DNA of 33,146 nt from Tubiluchus corallicola (Eukaryota; Animalia; Priapulida): the NCBI GenBank assembly GCA_030141605.1, contig JAQGDQ010000291.1:1-33146 (forward strand). Direction: 5' to 3'. Below the pieces are notes generated by a model. It did no database searches. It was not told the DNA's origin and saw only the letters and a list, made by a program, of their open reading frames with translations. Position numbers and translations under genes: made by a program. Positions 25,123 to 33,146 of this stretch are shown here, piece after piece (the first letter of the stretch is position 1; every line of letters begins with the position of its first letter).

Positions 25123-25798
25123 GTTTGCTGCCATGTAAGGTTGAACAGCTATGTAATGCTCGACGCCTGACAGAAAAAATAAAAAATTCAATAATTGACT
25201 CTCTTGGTGCACACTCCATTGTCTTCTGAGACAGAAGGATGCCAACATTTAATGTAAGTGTGCTCCTCGAAACTTCTTTACCAAGTAGCATAAGTAGTGT
25301 TTTAAACCCTGAATTTTGTTTCACCATTGCATTAAATTGAATACAATTAAACATTTTTCTAAATACGAAGCACATCTTTTGTCTTAGGAGTTGAGCATAA
25401 TACTGAACACCTTATTTGCTTTGTGAAAAAATCCCAACCAAAGCTAAAAGAGAATTAAATTAAAAGCACAGATAAACTACATTAATTTATTGCTTGCCAT
25501 ATAATAGTTAACAATATTTTTCAAGATTTTCAAGATCGTTTATCTCACATCAACACAAATACATTAAAAAGAAACAAAGTTTTCAATAATTCAACGATTA
25601 ACAAACAGTACGATACCCAATAAGAAGCAAATGTTGAAAAAAGATAAAGAGACACCCACTTAAATGATTTGTGCTGCAGTGCATTAAAGAAGCCAAGCTT
25701 GTAAGAATGCCCTGACTATGAAATTTTGAGTAACAGGCAAACAGTATGAGTTTTAGAACACTTACAATTGGCAGAGGTGCGTGTTATTTAAAAATATA

Positions 25799-26552
25799 CC
25801 GGGTGGTGCAGAAAAAAGTGCGAACGTTCAAACTACAACAACACTAGAAGCGAGTAGCCTACAGAGTTAAAATTTCGCAGCCTGATATTACAAAACATTA
25901 ATCTTTAGAGGCGAAAGTTACAAGTTTATAATTTTATCGATTTTTACTCTATGGCAAAAAATCTTTTGTATGTTAAAAAATTAAATGCTGGAATAATAGC
26001 AATAGTGATCAACTGAAAAACAGCCACATTGACGTGTAAAACACTCAATAATTGGCAGCAAAGCGATGAAGAAATCAACCAGCTTACGTCGTGGTCATCA
26101 ACGGATAAAATAAAGTATTCATGAAAAAATGGGAATTAATCCACTGGATTGCGGTATCTGGCATTCAATTAAACAAAATCTCTATGATGGTCGCACAGAG
26201 CTGTTTGATGCAAAGCAACTCAGGGAGCTGGGACCTCAAAGAAGTGAGAAACCGTGGCAGCTATTTGCAGAAATGTCTTCATTTAGGTTGCCGTGAAAAT
26301 GGCGGGCACATACAGCGCATGCCGCAAATTTTAACAATAGTCACACAAAATAATTTTTCCGGCATTTATTTTTCTGACTTGCTGCTGTAAAACTTCTGCA
26401 TCTTTGGAAAAATCTGACGGGATGATTGAAATCTTTGCTGTTCACACGTAAGTATCAGTAGCATTCGGTGTGGCAAATTTCAATTGATCCCATCCTTTTG
26501 TTTTTATAAAATCATGAACAAGACCTCAGCACATTTTTTTTGCGCCACCTGA
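25799..26552. mobile_element. Tc1/mariner-type MITE, mirrored copy of 23272-24025
   Basis: Same TIRs, TA flanks and 754-bp length, so it inserted before the arms diverged. Confidence 0.75.
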
Positions 26553-26605
26553 TATAAACAAACACACGATATCAAGTTTTAGAGGATAAGCAGTGAATGC
26601 TTCAC

Positions 26606-26707
26606 CTGATGAAAAGCTTTCTCTATGCCCCTGATCAAAACCGTCTTTAATAAGATAGTTTCCAGGCACCCAGCCCTTTTCACCATCTACACTAATGTAC
26701 CACCAAC
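26606..26707 (-). CDS. SH3PXD2A: Inverted Tks-like copy, exon 7
   Basis: Same peptide as 23117-23218; 3 synonymous differences; AG/GT intact. Confidence 0.8.
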
Positions 26708-27330
26708 CTGCAATCAAGCAATGTGCAGCCAATACAGCGTGATCTTAAATATTTCTCAAAACATGAAGAAAGACAACATAACATAACATCGAAGTTCAAA
26801 AGTTTTAATGGGCAATTCAAGCTTTTTACCCACAACTAAAAAATTCAAAGTACATTATCCTAAAGTGAATTTATGTCATATAATGTAGAATACACACCTA
26901 AAAAATACTGTTTCAAAGAAGAAAAGTAAGTTTCTGTCACTGCAGTATCTCAGAAAATTTCTTATTCACAAAATTGTTGTTATGAACATAGATTGTACTG
27001 AAACTGCTGTATCAATAAACAAATATCAAAATTTCTAAAACGTTGTCTATTAAACTTTTTAGTAATGTCCTACAACTATTAGATTTGGAAAAAAAAGAAA
27101 CTTAATAGTATATGAATGACAATTTTAGTGTATAAATTATGATTTAGGGTACAATTTCTCTTCAGTATTCAACAAAATTTCATTTTTCTAGTTATTTTTA
27201 AAATTGCAAGTCATAACTGCTTGTTTCTTCAAAAAAATATAGATCACCGTATAATGGTTTTGTCCATACTATAGTGGTATAGTATTTCGAATGAGTCAGA
27301 AACAGTGTCAGTGTTGGATGAGTCAGTGTT

Positions 27331-27536
<206 letters not shown>

Positions 27537-27933
27537 CCAGCTCATGGTAGAAATGTAATTTCTTGAATTTACTTTAATACAACTCGACAACACGACTCAT
27601 TTATGAAAGGTTATAGTACTTTTACTCAAAACACTAATAACCTATAACTTATTGAAAGTATTACATATTTCACAATCCAATACTTGAATCAACTAGAATT
27701 ATCACGTGTGCACTTTCATATACTTGCTATTTCTGTTGATATACTCGTATATTTATTTACACGTATGCTTACAATTATATTTACAGATTCAACAAACCAG
27801 CATATACTCACAGGTTTAGATTTCAGTAACTAATGGGCAAACTATGCAAAGCATGTTAGTCAAGCTTAGTTTACTATGACGAAGAAGAATCATTATTAAT
27901 TACTGCATTAATTAAACAGTAAAATCAAATTAC

Positions 27934-28082
27934 CAGTTTCTTTTTTCTCTATCACTTCGACCGTCATTCCTGCTTTTAAACTTATTTCTTCCTTGTACAC
28001 TTTCTTATAGTCGGTCACTGCAGTGTATTGCTCTAGTGCCATTGGACTAGATATCTGTTCTCCTTTTGTTGTTTTAACTGAC
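27934..28082 (-). CDS. SH3PXD2A: Inverted Tks-like copy, exon 6
   Basis: 149 nt; one synonymous change and one M/T change versus 21882-22030. Confidence 0.8.
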
Positions 28083-28883
28083 CTACAAGAATAAATAAAA
28101 ACATCATTACAATCCTCACTGTAAATTCTTATCTAATTGTAAACAGTGGATTGTAATCTTTATATTGAGTGTTAATTGTTTACAAGGCTATAAGGGTAGC
28201 CGACTTGATGACCAATTGGTCTTTTGCTACCCTTTCTCCTGCACCCCCCTAACTCTTCCCTTTATGCTTAATTCATCCTTTTTAATCAATAACTATAACA
28301 AAAATGGTCAATTTGTATACTGGTGTAAATGAGGAGATAAATAAAAATGTCTATGTCTATAATAAAATAATAGATTTTTTTTCATAATTACGACATAACT
28401 ACATCAGAAACAAACTAACTCAGCACAATAATAATAATAATAATAATAATAATAATCTTTATTTAAAGTCAGTTTTTGGGTCAACAAGTAACATTAGGTC
28501 AAAGAGCTATTATCGCCGACTGTAAATAACAACCTACAACTGCATAACAGAGACTACATAACAGCACTAACTTCAGTTAAACAGTATTTATCTACTTATC
28601 ATCAACAAAGAACGACTTAAAAAATTAATTAGTACAAAGTAAGTAAAGGAGGAACTATCCTGAGTTTTCTAAAACGCTTCCCAATCAATATTTTTCTCTA
28701 TAACTTTATTAAGGAATTCGAAAAGTCTTTTTTAAGTTGAAACGTAGCCTGCAGTAGAGCAATACACAAACATTTTATGATAATTTGAATATTCAGGTCT
28801 GATCTACTACTTAACGTAGCACCTAACAAAAAAATCAACAAAGCCGGGCCAGTTCAGCAAGCAGCCAAGAAAGCTCAACATAC

Positions 28884-28978
28884 ATTATAGCTGGCGGATT
28901 GATGTCATCAGCTGTTGGCTCAAAAAATGTCAGCACCTCATCGCATTCTGATATCTTGGGCGGCAACTTGATCAACCT
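28884..28978 (-). CDS. SH3PXD2A: Inverted Tks-like copy, exon 5
   Basis: 95 nt; two synonymous changes and one E/D change versus 20223-20317. Confidence 0.8.
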
Positions 28979-29138
28979 CTGTAATAAAAACTATTTTAGC
29001 ATGTGTTCAAACTGCATCGTAAAGCAGTGCATCTAGTTGCAGCAGCAGTAGATATTTTAACCTTCAAAAGTACACGAGTTATGATTAAATCATGGTTGAT
29101 TTATACAGCAGATTGTAAGATTAATAGGGTTTTGTTAA

Positions 29139-29833
29139 AGGACAAGAAAACCCTTCATAAACATAAAGTTTGAAAAATTCGTTTCGAAATTTTATATCGC
29201 TTACGCCTTACAAACTGCCTTTTTGCATGCAGGACTTCAATCGGCAGTCATGCTGTATAAAACGTGTAAATTTAAACTGCCACGATGACCATTAGATGCA
29301 GCCATTTTCACGACAGGTCATTTGAAACAAGTTTAGATAACATTTTGCAAAATTTGAAAAAATAATCAGAACATTTGTAGCGCACAAGTCACTAACTAAA
29401 TAAAATTTAAAATTACTGTATCTCGTCAATAAGATTAAAAATATGTTTTTTGGTTAGTGAGAGGTGCACCCTGGAGGATGAGTCAGCAATATTTTACCAA
29501 TTGGTGAAAACATTTTAAATAATTAATAATTTTCTTTTCTAGTTACATAAGTCTTTCTAGCTGGCAAGCAAAAATCTAAGTAATGTAGATTTGCAAGGAA
29601 AGTCTTTTGAGACATAATTTAACATTGTCTTTTCTTCCCTTGATTTACGTTTGGTACATGACGTCATGTAATGGCGCGATCAGAACAGTATTGCGGGAGA
29701 TTTAAAATGAAAACAAACTAAAATTCCTTTCAGTGCGAGTACGATATGCGCATAAAATTGCTATAATGTAACATAATTTTTTATGGCGATTTTTCTGAAA
29801 CTTACTTCAGGTGCCCCTTTTCTTTCTTTTCCT
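29139..29833. mobile_element. Kolobok-like non-autonomous DNA transposon, 695 bp, right arm only
   Basis: TTAA at 29135-29138 and 29834-29837; termini AGGACAAGAAA ... TTTCTTTTCCT (10/11 TIR match, AG..CT ends). The left arm has the empty site GTCAAC-TTAA-CAAAAC near 20060-20075. Confidence 0.85.
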
Positions 29834-30726
29834 TTAAGTTGACTAATTTTAATGGGAGATTTTTAATTACTTAAACCATTCAACAAGCTCATGGTCTGCA
29901 TTCGAGAGGTCATAATAAATATGAAGTAAGCAAACAAGTGTCTAGTTTCACCAAATTCATCTCAAACCTGCTTAATGGCATTTTTTAGAAAATCTGTTAC
30001 TAAATAAACTGGTAAGTAATCAATAACTGAAATTAACTTTGGAATGGCAATTAGAAATTGGATATTACATTAAGATACCCAATTACTAAATAAGCTGATA
30101 AACAAGAGGAGGTAATTTATATTAATTTCAGAGTGGCAATTAACTATTGGATTTAGACTAAATTACCGTCTTACAAACTGATTATATTTGATGTTGTGGT
30201 AAAACAGGTTATTGTTGTTACTGACTTAATGTAACCCAGACTCGTTAGTTAAGTAACTAATTACACATATTTATTATCATAATTTCAGCTTTCTCTATCA
30301 TGATCGAATGAACCCACAATTACTAAATTTTTGCAGTGAAAATTTAAAAATAGGAAAAATATATAACGAAATTAAAATTTAGCCAGGATTTACATGAATA
30401 GTGAATGTCCTCTGATCAATGACCAATGGCTCAAATCTAGGCTCAAGATCCACCTTTCCGCATTACTATCCTTTTAGTCATATACAAATTCAAAACATTA
30501 ATGGTCAAAAGGTCATGACCTATTTCACTCATTATATGTATGAATTTTATAATTATAATTTATAATTTTATAATTTTGAAATAATCACATTACTGAATTC
30601 TGAATTCCCCCAGTCATGTGTGTACAACACTATAAATTACTATACTTAATGTATACATGTCTTATTAATAAAGTAAGCATACTATTCTATGGAATATGAA
30701 ATTTTATACAGAGAATAAACTAATAC

Positions 30727-30803
30727 CCCGCAATATTCATCTAGGGCGGTCATCCTTTTGACAGCTACATCGTATACTTCACTTCTCCGGAACAGGATCT
30801 TGC
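30727..30803 (-). CDS. SH3PXD2A: Inverted Tks-like copy, exon 4
   Basis: 77 nt identical to 19112-19188; AG/GT intact. Confidence 0.8.
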
Positions 30804-33146
30804 CTGAAATTTACACAATGCACTGTCACATGGTAAGCTTAAGTATACGACATATAACAGTTGGTTAAAGAGAGGGGGAGGGGAGGAGAGGTTTTTTCAC
30901 TACAGTCAAAGCACTAACTTTAGGCCCGAATTTTTACTTGTTGAAATTAAGTTTATATGTTCTAAACAGTGCATTTGAGTGACATCATTTCATAAAATAA
31001 AAGGAGATGTGCATTTTTTTCTTTGCAGATAATGCAAATTAATGCAAATATGATCACTCCTCTGAAATTATAATTAGCTTACATTATTAAGCTGGTAGAG
31101 AAATGAACATAAAATGTACAATATATTCATTGGGCAATCAATCAAATAAGACCAATTTATTAGTATTAATAAATGAAATGTTTAATTTAAAATCAACAAA
31201 TTCCACTTGACTAAAGGCCTAAGTACAGTAAATATATGGCAACAACCCAATTTAAAACTGCAAATTATATAATGTCAATTGAAATTTATTTATATATTTT
31301 GAAAAATTGATTTACAGAGGAATTTATTCATAACCTTTGGTGTATCTTACAATAAGTTAAATTGTCATCAAAGGTCACAGCATGTTGTCAAAATTCTTCT
31401 AATGTGATTATTGTTCTCTGTCTGTAGTTGAAAATATGCCCCACATTTAACCGAAGATCTTTAATTAACAGCATTTTAAATCTGCTGAATTGGTACACCC
31501 TTGTGACAGACTGTATGCGATATACGTTTGTTTGTAGAACATTAATTACCAAAACTACAACTTTGTCTAACTCTAAAAAGAAACTAAACGAACTGAAACT
31601 TATTACCAACATTGTTAACAATGTTCTATAAAAGACAATCACAGAAAGAATACACAAAGAAGACCCAGTTCAGACTGAGCTTACTCGTAAAAACAAGATG
31701 CCCATTTAGTCAAAACAAAGTTCATTGTTGACATCTTAAACATTATCTTTGCACTTCAAACTTGCACAAGTTGCCTATATCCAATAATTGGTAAAATAGC
31801 AGTTCCCCTAGTCGTAAAGCAAACTTGGACTGCTGCTATTACCAAGCTATTTACAAGCGGATTGTACCGCAAAACGGTGCGAAAATCGGTGGCGTGTCGT
31901 TGCTAAACAAACAAAACTCAATAAGAAAAACTTCAAACAAAGGAAATGCTGTTACTAAGTAGTAAATTAGGGTCAAATGATTTAGAGTGAATATCCATTC
32001 TCATGTTTTAGTATTTGTCAAATACAGAACAATGAAAATGAACATGCTATGAATGATCAATATACTTTAACAATTCCTTGAATCAATACAGCTTGACAGG
32101 ATAAAAAAATGATTTACTTCACATTTTGGCTCTAGATAGATATTTTGTTTCTGAAAATCAATTTTCTTACACGAAAATTACAAAACCAACGTATACTCAA
32201 CGATGGTTTAATCAGCTGGCAGAGCTTGGGTAATGATTTCCAGATTATACTAACAATTTGTTTCAACATAGCCGCATAGATATACACAGATGTACGAATT
32301 TAGTTTTAAACTCTATGAAGCGAGAGAAGCTAAATTGGGCCATTATGGGAGAAGACACAGGTGAACTGCAATGCCTCAAATTATAGTTTAGTTAAACAAA
32401 TATCCAGGTGCAGATCATAATATCATGGTGCTGTAAATACGCGACGTGTAATTTTTTTAAATTGCAGGCATTTTACAGAACAAACAAGTTTGAAAGGAAA
32501 TGAGTAATGCAAAAAACTGCATTTTCTGGGACACACGGTATACCTGCTTGCACAATATTCATTTTCCAAAGAACACCGCATGTTCTCGTGAATGTGAATG
32601 CAGAAATACATTTCAAAACACGGCACTCCCTTTCTTACAGCAAAACTAGCATTTTATCTCACGCGTGCCTTGCAGCCATTTAGCAAATTAGGTGAAACGG
32701 CCGAGATTTTGAACTGTTACTGACTCGCCCTAAAGAGACAGGTAACGAAATCTAGTTTGTAAGAATTTAAGCGGCTAGAGCTCAAAATTGCTTACTCAAA
32801 TTAAAATAAATTGCGCAGCAAAAAATCTTTGAAATTTTCCAAAATTTTCAAAAAATAGAAAAGTAGTATTTTTCCTACATGAGCAAAACATGCTTACAGT
32901 TCCATCATTTTAATAATACACATTGCATAGTGTACAGGTTCTAGCAATGCAATCACAAATACAATGCACCAGCTATAATAATAATAATAATAATAGATAT
33001 AATAATAATTTATTTTTTGCCTTCAAAATAACAGTCATAGATAGTATATAACAATGATTTACAAAGATTAAAGAAGGGCGGGATGGTGAAAGACCAAAAG
33101 ATCATCTAGTCTGCCATACCTAAATAATGAGTCTACTAATTTCAAG

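Noticed and set aside
24711-25124. Single-molecule fold-back chimera (MDA or missed adapter) as the cause of the palindrome
   Set aside because: Such chimeras give essentially identical arms; these arms differ by a transposon with TSD, a minisatellite and synonymous-biased SNPs. A haplotype mis-join is not excluded.

Overview
AT-rich, intron-containing eukaryotic genomic DNA, animal and probably invertebrate; the taxon cannot be determined from this window. Two spliced genes sit head-to-head. On the minus strand is a TAPP1/2-like (PLEKHA1/2) PH-domain gene with 4 recognisable coding exons (9119->4577). On the plus strand is a Tks5/Tks4-like (SH3PXD2A/B) PX-SH3-SH3 gene with 9 coding exons (12563->25122). 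The dominant structure is an imperfect palindrome: 16767-24710 is mirrored by 25125-33146 (running off the window edge) around a 414-bp spacer. This yields two converging Tks copies that both lose their 3' ends at one junction. The arms differ by SNPs (mostly synonymous in exons), a 695-bp TTAA-flanked Kolobok-like insertion, a 28-copy versus 1-copy minisatellite and a template-switch hairpin. Also present are a 64-bp minisatellite starting at a hairpin, a 35-bp satellite with a 245-bp higher-order repeat, hAT- and Tc1/mariner-type MITEs and microsatellites. The long ORFs in the supplied track are repeat artefacts. All alignments and homology calls were made by eye against remembered protein sequences, not by database search.
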